DNA of 48,045 nt, counting the filler, from Catajapyx aquilonaris (lineage: Eukaryota), in NCBI GenBank assembly GCA_000934665.2. It is 2 parts of 2 records of this genome, joined end to end, with 100 filler letters (N's around TTAATTAATTAA, not from the genome) between each part and the next. Parts side by side here need not be neighbours in the genome. Positions count along the whole stretch, not along the records: positions 24,080 to 48,045 come from JYFJ02005592.1; 1 more part is not named here. One strand, written 5' to 3'. The position numbers and the translations under genes are program-made. The notes under the pieces are model-generated. The model worked only from the letters and a program-made list of their open reading frames with translations, ran no database searches and was not told the DNA's origin. Below are positions 36,301 to 48,045 of the stretch, one piece after another; position 1 is the stretch's first letter, and each line of letters opens with the position of its first letter.

Positions 36301-39300
36301 ATCACGTGTAATCCACTCATCATGACGTGTGTTCCAGCCTTTGTAGTGCACAAAGAACGAGTCTTTATTGCCATCCACATTGACCACCGTTGCTTCATAG
36401 GCGACATTAGACTTATTGTGCTTTGTATCATAATAATATACATTCAGGCTGTCTCCAATTTGTACTTTTACATGTTTGGGCAGCCCGGAAACATTGTCGG
36501 CACTACATAAAAACAAACAAAAAATGTTTATTTAGTGATTAATCAATAGGTCAACGAACCATTCTCTTACTTTCAGAAGACTATTGCTGATTATTCATGC
36601 ACAATGGAAAGTATTAAGATAACAATATATTACTTTAAAAATGCAATAATTTGCAAAATCACTTGCCACTTTCTTTTTGTTTCACGCTCTTCAGAATCGG
36701 CTGGAGTATTTTTATCCCGATTCTTCTTCCTCCCTCCGTGCTTCTTGAGCTGACCTTTATCTACACTATTCCCAATCTTCACTCCATCACCGCTATCCAC
36801 CTCAACTACCTCAATCTCGTCTTCAGAATCGGCTGGAGTCTTATTATCCCTATTCTTCTTCCTCCCTCCATGCTGCTTGAGCTGACCTTCGTCTACACTA
36901 TCCCGAATATTCTCTCCATCACCGCTATCCTCCTTAACTACCTCATTCTCGTCTTCACTTGAATCCTCGGTCAGATTTATAACTTCCGGTACGGGTTTCT
37001 TCACTGGTGCAGTAGAAGGTTGCCTTTCTTTCCCTTTCTTGCCAGCTACAGATACTGGCTTTCCCTTGGTCCTTGATCGAGATTTCTAGAGATTTAGAAT
37101 TGGGAAAATCATTAGGCAACTAATCATGTGCACCTAGATCTACAAAAGTTCCTATAAGCACTCATACCTTTTCATCCTCCAACTGTTTAGCTCTTCCTTC
37201 CTTCTTAGCACTCTTCTGACGCTTTTCATCAATCTTACTTGCTGGCTGATCGCCTGTCTTTTCTCGTACTCCTGCAGCAACATCAAGCCCTGTTTCGCCA
37301 TCTTCTTCCTCCGCTTCTTCAGTACTCTTCCGCATCATTGATGAATGACTTGGCTGCAATGGAGACATAACAAGGAGGACAAGCTAACAGTGCTCAGAAA
37401 TTGACCATGCTTATAAATTTCAATGCCAGATTGCAAATCACTACTGTACTAGGCTACTCTTTTGCAGCATACCATTTTCTCAGCTATAACACTATCGGTT
37501 GAAGTAGGTACACACCTTATCTGGTGCCATGGAAGTGCTTGGTCCATATGCCTTGTTTTTGTCACGTGTCAGGCTTTGGCCAGAGTTATGTCCTGATTCA
37601 CTCTCTCTGCGGCGTCTCACCTTATTGGTGCGTCCTAGCTGACGTCGAGAGTCCTCAAAGCTGAGGAAATACCTGTAATACCAAAATTTGTCAATGCAAA
37701 TGTTCTGACCCACCATCCGTCCAATTTCCAGGAAACGATGAACATCACCTTTTATAAGCCAACTTGACCTCATTTGCAGTTGAAGTTGAATGTTGGTTAA
37801 AACCAAGTTTGTGAGCAACTTTACCCCACTTAGAGAGGTTTGTAACCGTGTTATATCCACCATGTTTTGCCACAGCCTGAAATGGTAGATTCACTGAAGT
37901 TACCTGGCCACACTGACACTTGGACATTTCTCTCACCTGAAACAGTTTGAAGAGGTCAACATCCTTACCACATACAGTGGGATCCTCATTGATGGGTGTG
38001 CCCCTATTATCCATGAACTGATACAGCTGAGCAACAAATAAATCCCTTTGTTCACTTGACTCATCATCCGAACTCTGCCAAGGAAAACAATATTGTAAAA
38101 TATTACAAAATGCTGCTTAAGTTGAGAGATTCATAAAATTCTGAAGCTTCATTTTTTTACTTACATCATCAGTGCTGCTTGCCTCATGTTGACGAAGTAG
38201 GAGTTCTCTATCCCAATGAGGCGGCAATTCATCTCTGTCCAGGTACAGGAGAGCCTTCTCTACTGCTGGAAATTTTTATTTTTCAAGAATATTATTTTCA
38301 TGCTCTTTCAACGTGTCTCGCCATGCAAAGTCTCACCTGCTTTAAGACTCTTGCTATTCGCCTTAGACCCAAGTTCCCTGGTAAATTCTGTGGCTTCCTT
38401 CTTGCAAACAGTGTAACTATTTAAAAAGGGTTTGTTATTAAATGCTACCAACTGACCACAAAAAAATTGTAAACTCACTATCTCCCATCCTTGAAGGATC
38501 TGACAAGACAGTTATCCTTCCCTCTTATTTTCACTGCATCTTGAGCAGTTGGAGCCACGACCAATGCAGGAAACCAGCTCTCTTTTTGTTTCTTTATATC
38601 TTCCACACATATCACTTTTCCTATGTTCACTTCGGTATCTTCATTGTTCTTCCCTTGCTTTGGTGAAACCTCATCTTCACTACTGTCATCTCTGAAAGAA
38701 GCCAGCAGTGTCAGGAACCGTCGACCAAAAGAAGTTCAAAAGATCTTCTCTATAACTCACTGTAGTGCTTGCTGGCTTCTCCAACCCTTCGTCCTTTCCC
38801 CTTCTAGATGTTCTGGGCGAGTCAATGGCACCTCAGAGAGGGTTTCATCCTCTGCAAAATGTCTCCCACTCTTTAATAAGCGTATTGCTGTTCTTCGAAG
38901 GGTGGTGACGTCTCCATCATCAAATGCTGCATAGTAACAAAAATGCCAATCATATTGCAATATCTTGCTGAAGTTTTAATTTCACACTCACCCACTGTAT
39001 ACTGGCTGCAGTCTTGAATTTTATTTAACACTGCTTTCAGATACTGGCCCTCCACTGGGTGTAATGCTTCAACAGTTGATCCCACCTGTAAAAATACAGT
39101 TGTTAGCTGGGCTCAAATTTTTAGAGCCTTAGATATAATCCACAGTAGATGACTCCACCAGAGTTGGACAGTCTTACTGTGATGTATGAGGTCAGTAGTA
39201 GGACTGTAGGAGGAAGAGGGGGGAGGCAGGGACTGGAAAGACATATGTAACACTGTAACAGCGAGAGCAGGAAAGTTGCAATGCTGCAGTCTGGTCTAGG

Positions 39301-42300
39301 AGCCCATGGTGAACGGTTCATTGTGAAAGACATAACACTTACCTGGAGTGTTCCTTTAATGTGATCATCTGATACGGAAAAGCTGCCTTCAGTCTTGTTA
39401 AAAGTGACCTGAAAACAAAATATGATGTAATTTTTTTGCAAGTTACACTAATAATTGGGTCGCTGAGAAGCCAAGTGGTTCATGTCGAAAATCGGAAATT
39501 TTGAGTTGTCGATTGCATGGCATTCCCCATGCCCAACTCTGTTTTGTAACTTGGCCTTCAGACATTTGTAATATTTTGCTGATCAAATTATTAAGTTAAC
39601 TAGGAAAACCCTCGCTCCGCTCGCATTTTCCTAGGGCGCTACGGTGTAGACCATGTTCTTAATGATGCTCATCCAACAATTATCCTCATCATACTCCCCC
39701 CTCCATCTCGCCTCCTCCCCCTCCTGCCTGCCACCGCCCCTGCTTATGTTAACCTTTTGACGGCTAAGTACATCATAATTATTATGATGTCCTGTGAGTT
39801 TTTGAATTTGGCGCTCGAGGCTGTGCATAGAGAAGGCGAACTTTGCGGTGCCAAACCCGGTTCAATATGCTCCTGCCATCTCTTGGATGGTGACTCAACT
39901 ACCATAACAACTCCAGATTCCCCCCCTGTTCCCGCCAAGTTGAGTCGTGTATGCCAAGGCCACGTTGCTCCCACGTGATCGTTTATGTATACATGTTCCC
40001 TCAGTACAGGGTGCTTATAAAGTCAGGACCCTTGCAGTTCGGGCCCTAAGCGCAAAAATCAGACCTAACCTTGCACTTTGTGATAAGAAGGGGTCACTTG
40101 GCACATATGTTCCTTAGGCCTATAGGAGCAATTCCAGAGTTGCAGGCAACTGATCGGCCCCTTAGGTCACGAGTTATGCGGTGTTGCCAACATGGCCGGG
40201 GATGACCTGATCGTTTTTAACGTTGCATTTTGTGATAAGAAGGTACCGCTTATTGGCACATATGTTCCCTAGGTCTGTAGGAGTCGTTTGAGAGATGGCG
40301 GCACTTGATCGGCTCCTTAGGTCAGGAGTTATGCGGTGTTGCCAACCTTCCTGGAATTTAGCGCTTTGAACCGTTTTGAGCTTTGCACTTTGGGATAAGA
40401 AGGTGCCACTTGGTACATAATGTTCCTTAGGCCTATAGGAGCAATTTCAGAGTTGCAGGCAACTGATCGGCCGCTTAGGTCACGAGTTATGCGGTGTTGC
40501 CAACCTGATCAGGGAACAAAGCGTTTTAACTCGGCACTTTGTGATAAGAAGGTGCCACTTGGCAGACATGTTCCCTAGGTGTATAGGATCCATTTGAGAG
40601 ATGGCGGCACTTGATCCGCTCCTTAGGTCCTAGGTAGCACGGAGGCTTGAGCCATCCAAGCACACTGTGCTTGGATGACTCAAGCCTCCGTGCTAGGTAG
40701 GTCCTCCCGATTATTATCCAAGCTAATGACTGTATACGGGTGTCGCCGGATAATCGGAAAACACGGACAATCGGAAAATGGTCCTGGAAAGGGAGCTATT
40801 CACAGGTTGTTGATGTACTTCTGTACGGAGCATGCTGCTTGGATTAATCCAAAAAATAAAACTTACCATAGATTTTTACTTTGCCTTCTAGAAAAAGTAT
40901 GGTATATTTTTTCGTTGGCGAGACAATCATATTGATATTGCTATTGGGTGGAATTTTCGTACCACTGCTAACTTTGCAGTACCAGTGCCAACACTGGTAC
41001 TGCTAAGTTAGCAGTATACACTATCTAGCAATGGGAGAAATACTCGACACATTTTTTCGGACTTAAATGTTTATATTATGGCGATGCACGGATAATCCGC
41101 ACCCGGACAATCGGGAGTACAGTGTAATTGGATTCTATTGTTGGCAGCGCGCAGTTGTGCCAACTCAATAACCTTTACTGACTGTAGTCTGCTGTAGTGT
41201 AAACAACCTGCCAGTTGGCACAACTGGAAAACTAACAATATACATTCAAGGCTGGTTCGAACGATTTGCAACCCACCTTCTTACGTTCGATTCTACGCAT
41301 TCGACGGTAGTCAGTTTCCGACACTACACCGAAAGAAGTGCCTCGAAGACAGTGTACTGTACTTCCCATTTGTGAAAGCAGTTCCAAAGCTGTCCGAAAA
41401 TAACGTTCTCATTTCGAACTTACATTTCTCCACCAGTGCATTTTTCAATAACCAAGCGACTCGGGGCGAAGTGGGGGACATGTACCAGGGTGGGTTGGGA
41501 AGGGGAAAAGGTCCGGCAGGTGACGATGACACGGGGGGGGAGACGGAAAAAGGCGACCTTCACCCACGTACAGAGGTCAACATGCAACTGGACGTGTCCC
41601 ACCACCATTGCGGATGCTCGGAACGGGGGCCAATCGGAGGCGTCATGGTAACAATGAGTCTTGAATACGACGCAGCAACAATGGACGGGGGCCAATAGGA
41701 AGAGGCGGCGGCAACAATACGGGGACCAATCAAATCAGAGGGCTCGGTCAAGCAACGCAAGGATTTTAATATTATAGATGTGACTTACTTTTTCTCTTCT
41801 TCCTCCCTGCCGGTTTCATGCAGGGCCCACCAACTCCACGTCTCCACCTGCCGGTTGCCCCGCGAAGCGGGGCCAGCGAAAAAGGAATAGCGAGGAATCG
41901 CTACGCTCCCAATGTTAATTTTCCGACATCATAAAGGCCAAAACACAATACGATTTTGCGGCAGCGACAAGCGGCAAACGCCTGCCCCGCCAATTATTAT
42001 TAATTATTGGCAATAATAAATATAAATAATAAATATGCCGCAACGCACGCCGTTTGCCGCGCGTTTTTGTGTGTGTGTGAAATAGCCTTAACTCGCGATC
42101 CGGTTAATCGATTTGAAATCGGAAACAAGATTCACACTCCGCTCACTACAGTTTCAAACTTTTTATAGATAAACAACAACTAGGGTCATTACCGGGGTCA
42201 TTATCCGGGGTCAAAGTTCAAAAAAGAGTCGTTACTTAGACCAGGGTACAGCCTAAACGGTGCGTCGTAGAGGGTCATACAATGCGTCATTAGAACCGCA

Positions 42301-45300
42301 ATGTTCCCAGGAGGTGCCCTTCTGCCTACCTTATTTTGAGAAAAACCTTTACTTTCCGAGTTACGTGGCGATTTCGATAGTGCCAGTTTTGTGACTCTCG
42401 CTCTCTTTCTGCACCACAGAAAAATCCACCATGACCCATGTACTCGTCTGAGAGTCGATGCGGAGAGGCTCTTAATAATAATTAAAATACCTAAAATATA
42501 TTTACATTACGGTACTGATGATGAAAAGAATCAAATAAAAATAAGCAGTAAAACTGCAGAAAACTATTCTTCCTCTGGGTGAGATTAAAAGTAAGAAACA
42601 AGTCCATATGTGGGGGTTGGTTCGTGTCATAGGGATGTGTGATAATCAAATTTAATTCAAAACATTCGTGCTTTGGGGCTGGGAAGAATTAGGCAGATAT
42701 CGCTTTTATGTACTCCTCCGACTCACATATACTCTGCCTAATGGAGGAGCGAGTTTAGGATGGAGGGAGCTCCCGGTGTGAACTTAGCGCCGAAGCTTAT
42801 GCTGATGACCTGGTCATTTTAGCTAGCAGCCCAATTTATCTGGCTAGGAAAATCAAGGTATTGGAAACCTTCCTGTGCAAAAGGAGCCTGATGCAGATTA
42901 ATGTAATGAAGAGCAAGATAATGGTGTTCAGAAAAAGAGGCAGGTTACCAAAAAAATTGTGTTTTTACTGCAATGGGGAAAAAATAGATTTTGTGGAGAC
43001 GTATAAGTACTTGGGGGTCCCCTTGTCAGCTGCAGCGAAGTACAAGCACGCATGCGATCTTTTTAAACTGAAAGCAAAGCAGGCTATTGGGAGTATGTGG
43101 CCGATGATGAGACGTCTGCAGATAAGGGATATAACGGTAGCAATGCGGCTCTTCGAGGCTCAGATAATTCCGATTGTGCAATATGGACTTCCGATTTGGG
43201 GGGTGGCTCATACTGCCGAGATGGAGAAGGTACAGAGCTTTTTTTTAAGAAAATTTTTTGCTCTTCCTTTCGACTCGGCAACAAGTTTCTTGAGACTTGA
43301 AGTTGAAGTTCCTAGATTGGAATTGAAGCTGGTCAAACAAGTAGCAAAATACTATAACAAATTGTTGAGCCAGTACCCGGAGGACTGCACCGGGCATTAT
43401 CATGCGCTCATGCTGCAGGAGCGAAACATCCAAACTCTGAGTATTCATGGGTGGGCCAGGTCAATTCCCTGATGTTGAAATAAATAAATAAATAATAAAT
43501 ATATTATAAATTTGCGCCCCTCGGGAAAGAACAAATTGACCCTGCTTTTAGCGACCCTTGCCCAGGTAAGGTCGGAGGACCTAAGTAGGCTGTCGGCGAA
43601 GGAAAAATATGCACACTTTTTGGAAATAAGGAGCGTAGAGGATAAAACGCCTTACTTAAACTGGAATCTCCCACTGCCAGTCATTAGGTTAACTTGTAAC
43701 CTTAGAAATATGTCTAAGTGCATTTGGTTTAAGGGCGAAAAAATTGTATTTAAAACGGAAGATTACTGTCAATTGCGCAACCTGGAGGAGACTTTTTCTA
43801 TGCATTACGTCCTAATGGAGTGCAGGCAGACACGGCAGCTAAGTCAGAGGTACTTACAGGAGTTTCCCAAAGTTCCGCCGGACAGGCTTCATTGGCTCTT
43901 TGCGCATTTAACCAAGGACAAAGCATATGCCCTTTTTCTCTTTTTTAGTGGTCTGCTTAAGATTCTGGATCTGTGTGAATAACTTTTCTTTTGTTTTTGC
44001 TGTTTATTTTGAGTGTAAGTAATTAATATGTTTGTAAATCTGTTGCTGGGGGAATGTCCCCCGAAAAGCCTATCAAGGCTATCAAGGGGTAATTAAAATA
44101 AAATTAAAATAAAAAATATACTCTGCCTAATTCTTCCCAGCTCCAAAGCACGAATGTTTTGAATTAAATTTGATTATCACACATCCCTATGACACGAACC
44201 AACCCCCTCCTATGGCCTTGTTTCATACTTTTAATCTCACCCAGAGGAAGAATAGTTTTCGGCAGTTTTACTGCTTATTTTTATACATTGGCTGCAAGGC
44301 AAGCCTAGACCTTTGAATGCATACATCTCAAAACTAACTTTTTCGACATGAACTACTCTGCTTCTCAGCCACTCAATTGTTGTGCAACATAATTCCTGTA
44401 TAGGTAGAAGCTAAGCACATGAAGAGTCCAGGGGAAAAGGGGGGAATGTCACATAAAAAATGTTCATGAGAAATCGAAGAAATGGCTTTATTTCTTCACG
44501 TGTCTAAACTCTAAAGAATAATAGGGATATCTTCACGTCATTATAAGCAGTGTCCCCCTCGTCCCGATGGAAAGCCTCCAGGTATAAGTGTCACCTACCC
44601 TACTGTGCACTTGCTGTACTGTGCACTTGCCAGGAACCCCAATGGAATTTGACATTCCTCCCTTTTCCCCTGGACTCTTCACATATAAAATATCTTCTTC
44701 AAATCCTCAACTCTTTCCATTGATCAGAGCAAGCATAATTGAAGGGTGGACAATGCAAAGGTCCAAAGTGCCAAAAAATCCGGATTTGAGTTATGAGTGT
44801 CAAGGTATCCTATGTGTCATCGCCAATGTTGGGTAGAAGTCCCAAGAGCCAGAAAAATCAATAAGGTTCTGCATTTGGCCAGTAGATAGGGAGGTTGCCT
44901 ATTTTGTTTTGTTTTGTTGAGGAGAAAGAAACGTGCATAACTCAAAATCAGGGTTTTGGCACTTAGGACCTTTGCATTGTCTACCCTTCAATTATTGCAG
45001 ACACTTGCACCCATAATCAAATTCACTTGATTACCAACTAACCTTCCCTTTGTATTTTAAAATGTGGTAAATGAAACAAGTTGTATACAAGTATTATGCA
45101 TGAGTAACCTTCATCTATACAATGCAAATTCACGGTTCAAACAGTTCAACGTGGCATTTCTGGCTTACCTTGCACTTAACGCTGTGGACCACCTTCTGCA
45201 CCATAGCTTCACAAAATGCTCCTTTGTATTTGGCACTGACAGCTTGGCCCGCAACTAAAAATGGTGGTTCGTCACCCTATATGTAAAAGGTACAAAGCAT

Positions 45301-47398
45301 GTTAGTATCATCATATCCACATTCCTGGGTGTCAAGAACAAAAGCACACAGAACCTAAATTAATCTCAATCACAATTTGCACACTATCGAAGTACCAAAT
45401 GACATAATCATATCATTACTAACACACGTCACTTAGTAACTTTTCTTTCCCAGTCATTTAGCATCTTACATCCAGGCTCAAAAAACGAGGGCCTCAATTT
45501 TGTGACAATTCCTGAACACTAATGTAATCCTGACAATGGCAAACATACCCAGATGGGCAACCTAACTGTAGGGAATGGGAACCCCAAGTCAGATAGATTC
45601 TTGGCACTTATGGCACACTTAGAATTACATTGATTGTCATTCACCATAATTAGATCAGATCACAATAATCAGCACCTGAACCAATAAAATAAAATGTTAA
45701 AATGAAGCAGCGAGAACCAGAAGTTGCCAAGTCAATTTTTGGGGATTTTGAGATAAGGGCAAATTCTAGACCTCTATCAGGCATATTTTCATAGAAAAAT
45801 CTTTTATCCCAGCCAGATGATTACAAGTCCCACTTTCAGACCCGGATACTCTTATAGCACTGAAGATAAATTTCGTGTCAGCTGTTGACAAGTCCAAAAA
45901 AGGCCTTCATAATGAAATGTGTTTAGAATTATCGTCATCACATTCAGGCCTAAAAAGGGACTATAATTAATTTAGGAGATATTATTTCCCTGCATTTCCT
46001 CATTTAAGTGCTTAAAAATTAAAATTAAAATGTATACAAGCCAGAAGTTGCTCAGCCCAAGACGGACATTATTTTTTTTCTCCTGCAGTGTAGGCACTAG
46101 ATGCTCCACATTTACATTGCATTAACTTACAATAGTAGTGATGCCACAGAAAAATTACCGAGACTCTAATGTCAACGAAAGGTACGTCAAACATTACTTG
46201 AAACTTTCAAGCTGCTCTCCTGAAAAATGGAATAAAGGGACTTAACAACTTCTGGTTCTCACTGCTTCACTTGGAAGATGGTGTAACCTTCTACGAACAA
46301 CTTTTTGCATCAGATGATGATTGTAGAAGAGGATATGGTTGACATAGAGTAGGTTACTAACATATCCCTTCGTTCGGTATTATCTGGTGCAAAAAGGAGT
46401 AAGTTAGTTGGTTGTATAGAAGGTGACAATCATGACTGTGCTAATGTTATCAGGAAATAACTGATGAATAAATGTTATTTAGAATTATGGTAATCACATT
46501 CAGGCATAATAAGGGGACTAAAATTTATTTTGGAGATATTATTTCCATGCATATCCTAATTTGGTGTTTTAAAAATTAACATAAAATTTCTGCAAGCCAG
46601 AAGTTGCTAAGTCCAATACGGAAATAATTTTTTTTTCTCCTGCAGTGTAGGTACTAGATACTCCATATTTACATTATATTAACTTACAATCGTAGTGATA
46701 TCACATAAAAATTACCGAGACTGTAATATCAAAGAAAGGTATTTCAAACATCATGTGAAACTTTCAAACTGCTCTCCTGAAAAATGGCAAAAATGGAACT
46801 AAACAACTTCTGGTTCTCACTGCTTCATAATCTGGACACGAATAAAAAAATGAAACAAAGTGCTTATGTGATTCAGAATACAAAACCCCCAACAAACATG
46901 TCATGTTATATGTCGTTCTCAAGCTTCGAATGTGAAACCAGTTGTTTGAACTGCTTATATTTTCAGCTACAGTGAACCTGTGTATAGCGGAATCGCATGG
47001 AACCTGTGTATAGCGGAATCGCATGGGACCCCCAAACGTTTCCCGTAATGGACAGTTGGTCTTGACTGAAATTTTGTCTGTGAGGAAGAGAGGGAAAGGG
47101 GAGGCAGACCATAACGTACTAGCATTATTATGAGACACATGGTGTCTGAAAGTCCACAAAAGGCGGCTGACTTTTGATAATATGTTGTTCGGGATAGTTT
47201 TCTGAGTCTTAAAATCTTTCTTATTCTTTGCTTCTGTACTTCAATTCTATGGAGCACGGGTAATGCCTGTGAGACGATCTAGGCCTGGCAAATTTTTCGT
47301 TCCGGGACTGTCCCAATAAGTTTGAACCAGGTTTGAACGGTTTTCCAGACGCTGTACCAACAGTGTGTGTTCAGTCTTTGATAATAGCTCCTTACCAT
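33374..47398 (-). CDS. ARID4B: ARID4 (ARID4A/B, hat-trick-like) chromatin protein, multi-exon: ATG 47398-47396, 45276-45169, 39408-39343, 39085-38992, 38926-38761, 38691-38479, then further exons to a stop at ~33374 (later boundaries approximate)
   Basis: GDEPPFL...VSAKYKGAFCEA (Tudor); IQDCSQYTV.FDDGDVTTLRRT..LKSGRHF; RBB1NT WFPALVVAPTAQD...LVRSFKDGRY; ARID FVAQLYQFMDNRGTPIN...VDLFKLF...HGGYNTV...YLSFE-like; chromobarrel FVHYKGWNTRHDEWI; C-terminal PKYNFCEPL plus coiled coil. Confidence 0.88.
34475..34789. mobile_element. MITE with ~110-bp TIRs in an ARID4 intron
   Basis: CAAGGGACACTTTCCAAGGTCTC...AAAATGACCCGGT is mirrored by ACCGGGTCATTTT...GAGACCTTGGAAAGTGTCCCTTG. Confidence 0.75.
36688..36957 (-). 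repeat. 132-nt (44-aa) coding tandem duplication in ARID4
   Basis: DSGDG....SVD.GQLK.HGGRKKNRD..TPADSE occurs twice; TCTTCAGAATCGGCTGGAGT at 36688 and 36820. Confidence 0.85.
40070..40630. repeat. Tandem repeat of ~150-160-bp monomers arranged A-B-A-B (~310-bp higher-order unit)
   Basis: GATAAGAAGG...TGTTCC.TAGG...TTAGGTCA.GAGTTATGCGGTGTTGCCAAC recurs near 40070, 40222, 40383 and 40533 (the last is truncated). Confidence 0.85.
40638..40692. mobile_element. 55-bp palindromic micro-transposon with 8-bp TSD (P/hAT-like)
   Basis: 27-bp arms with 1 mismatch and a 1-nt centre; CTAGGTAG directly repeated at 40630-40637 and 40693-40700. Confidence 0.75.
41935..42088. mobile_element. PIF/Harbinger-like MITE related to 15716-15779
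   Basis: Starts AGGCCAAAACACAATACGATTTTGCGGCAG, ends TAGCCT, with TAA on both sides. Confidence 0.55.
42536..44283. mobile_element. Foldback/MITE with ~160-bp inverted arms, split by the LINE insertion
   Basis: 42536-42697 (TAAAAATAAGCAGTAAAACTG...GAAGAATTAGGCAGA) is the inverted repeat of ~44122-44283. Confidence 0.8.
42743..44115 (+). mobile_element. 5'-truncated non-LTR retrotransposon (LINE; clade not resolved, RTE-X-like)
   Basis: RT motif AYADDLVILASS, INVMKSKIMVF, VETYKYLGV, EKVQSFFLRKFF; A/T-rich tail; 16-bp TSD ATATACTCTGCCTAAT at 42727-42742 and 44116-44131; ORF interrupted near 43472. Confidence 0.9.
44735..44995. mobile_element. MITE with ~60-bp TIRs
   Basis: ATAATTGAAGGGTGGACAATGCAAAGGTCC...GAGTTATG is mirrored by CATAACTC...GGACCTTTGCATTGTCTACCCTTCAATTAT. 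Confidence 0.65.
45703..46827. repeat. TIR element (45703-46269) followed by a diverged direct copy of its right ~320 bp (~46496-46827)
   Basis: TGAAGCAGCGAGAACCAGAAGTTG is inverted to CAACTTCTGGTTCTCACTGCTTCA; ~45940-46269 aligns with ~46496-46827. Confidence 0.65.
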
Positions 47399-47459
47399 CG
47401 TGCCCTCGATGCTGCAGAACCGCTGGACACACGCCGGCGTTTGGCTGCGACTAGTTTGG

Positions 47460-47880
47460 CCCCCGCACCAAAAAAGGCCACTATCACTATGGCGGTTGGT
47501 TGAAGAGTGACGTCACATCCTAATATACGCAACTAATACGTTTTATGTAACTGCTTAAAATAACCATTCCAGATGATTCAGGACGCTCCCACCGCGCTCT
47601 CATGGCGCTGCCTGCGATTTTAAGGGGGGGGGGATCTGATNAAATCTGATTGCGATTTAATTACAGTGACGTGTTGCAGTCTAACAATAGTGTTCAGTTA
47701 TGCCCAGGCCATTGTCGTGGTATGTGCTGGTGGAGGGCTGGTGGCTACCTTGGTGGCTACAGACCACTGGAGGGTCAAGGAAGAAGGGGGCGAAAATGGC
47801 GGCCCCGCTTATGACGTAGCAGTACCTACGTCACGGATGACTTTTTGGACTGTGTTAATGACGTCACCAGGCGGCGGCAA
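47460..47880. promoter_or_regulatory. Putative promoter upstream of ARID4 with CRE/ATF and YY1-like motifs
   Basis: TGACGTCA near 47509 and 47859, several TGACGT half sites, AAAATGGCGG near 47793, CpG-rich, just upstream of the ATG exon. Confidence 0.45.
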
Positions 47881-48045
47881 TTCGAGCACGTGATTCGAGA
47901 GCTTGATGAGCACTCCCTTTAAAATAGGTGAATGTTACTAGAGTGCATCGAGAATTTGCAGGTCTCCACATATGGTTGTAATCAATTTTCATATAATTTA
48001 GACTTCAGAGTAACAGAAAAGGCCGACATGGACGCGCAGCCTTTT

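Larger units (their letters stand above)
39599..41779 (+). mobile_element. Possible non-autonomous Helitron/Helentron-like element (may be a composite of two fragments)
   Basis: 5' ACTAGGAAAA..CGCTCCGCTCG..TTTTCCTAG hairpin, central tandem repeats, 3' end AGGATTTTAATATTATAGAT. Confidence 0.45.
39453..44378. mobile_element. Old TIR element (mariner-like termini) enclosing several nested insertions
   Basis: AATTGGGTCGCTGAGAAGCCAAGTGGTTCATGTCGAAAA at 39453 and its imperfect reverse complement TTTTCGACATGAACTACTCTGCTTCTCAGCCACTCAATT ending at 44378. Confidence 0.55.

Noticed and set aside
40070..40630. CRISPR-like repeat-spacer appearance
   Set aside because: Eukaryotic intron, long degenerate monomers, no unique spacers and no cas genes.
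41311..41760. GC-rich ORFs and three GG.CCAAT boxes
   Set aside because: Inside repeat debris, with no recognisable protein or splice structure.
46974..47026. 26-nt tandem duplication GAACCTGTGTATAGCGGAATCGCATG
   Set aside because: Follows TACAGT and fits a Tc1/pogo MITE terminus with subterminal repeats; no matching other end was found.

Overview
Compact-intron eukaryotic genomic DNA, most likely from a non-insect arthropod (inferred from a divergent ionotropic receptor, pacifastin domains and Sec-containing GPx). All gene models were built by hand from GT..AG sites and reading-frame phase. In order: RNPC3 (U11/U12-65K), a divergent WBP2-like GRAM protein, an ionotropic receptor, an ankyrin/SOCS-box protein, three tandem single-domain nucleoredoxin/tryparedoxin-like genes (two WCPPC, one WSVPC), two tandem GPx4-type selenoprotein genes (in-frame UGA plus a type II SECIS each), an artificial assembly linker, a mariner relic, six small secreted pacifastin+WAP genes split around ATP6AP1 (Ac45), and an ARID4/hat-trick gene whose large intron holds nested transposon debris. 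The best candidates for new biology are the six-gene pacifastin-WAP family (varied P1 residues, apparently rewired disulfides), the duplicated Sec-GPx genes whose SECIS sits on a covarying basal helix, and their position next to the tryparedoxin-like array.
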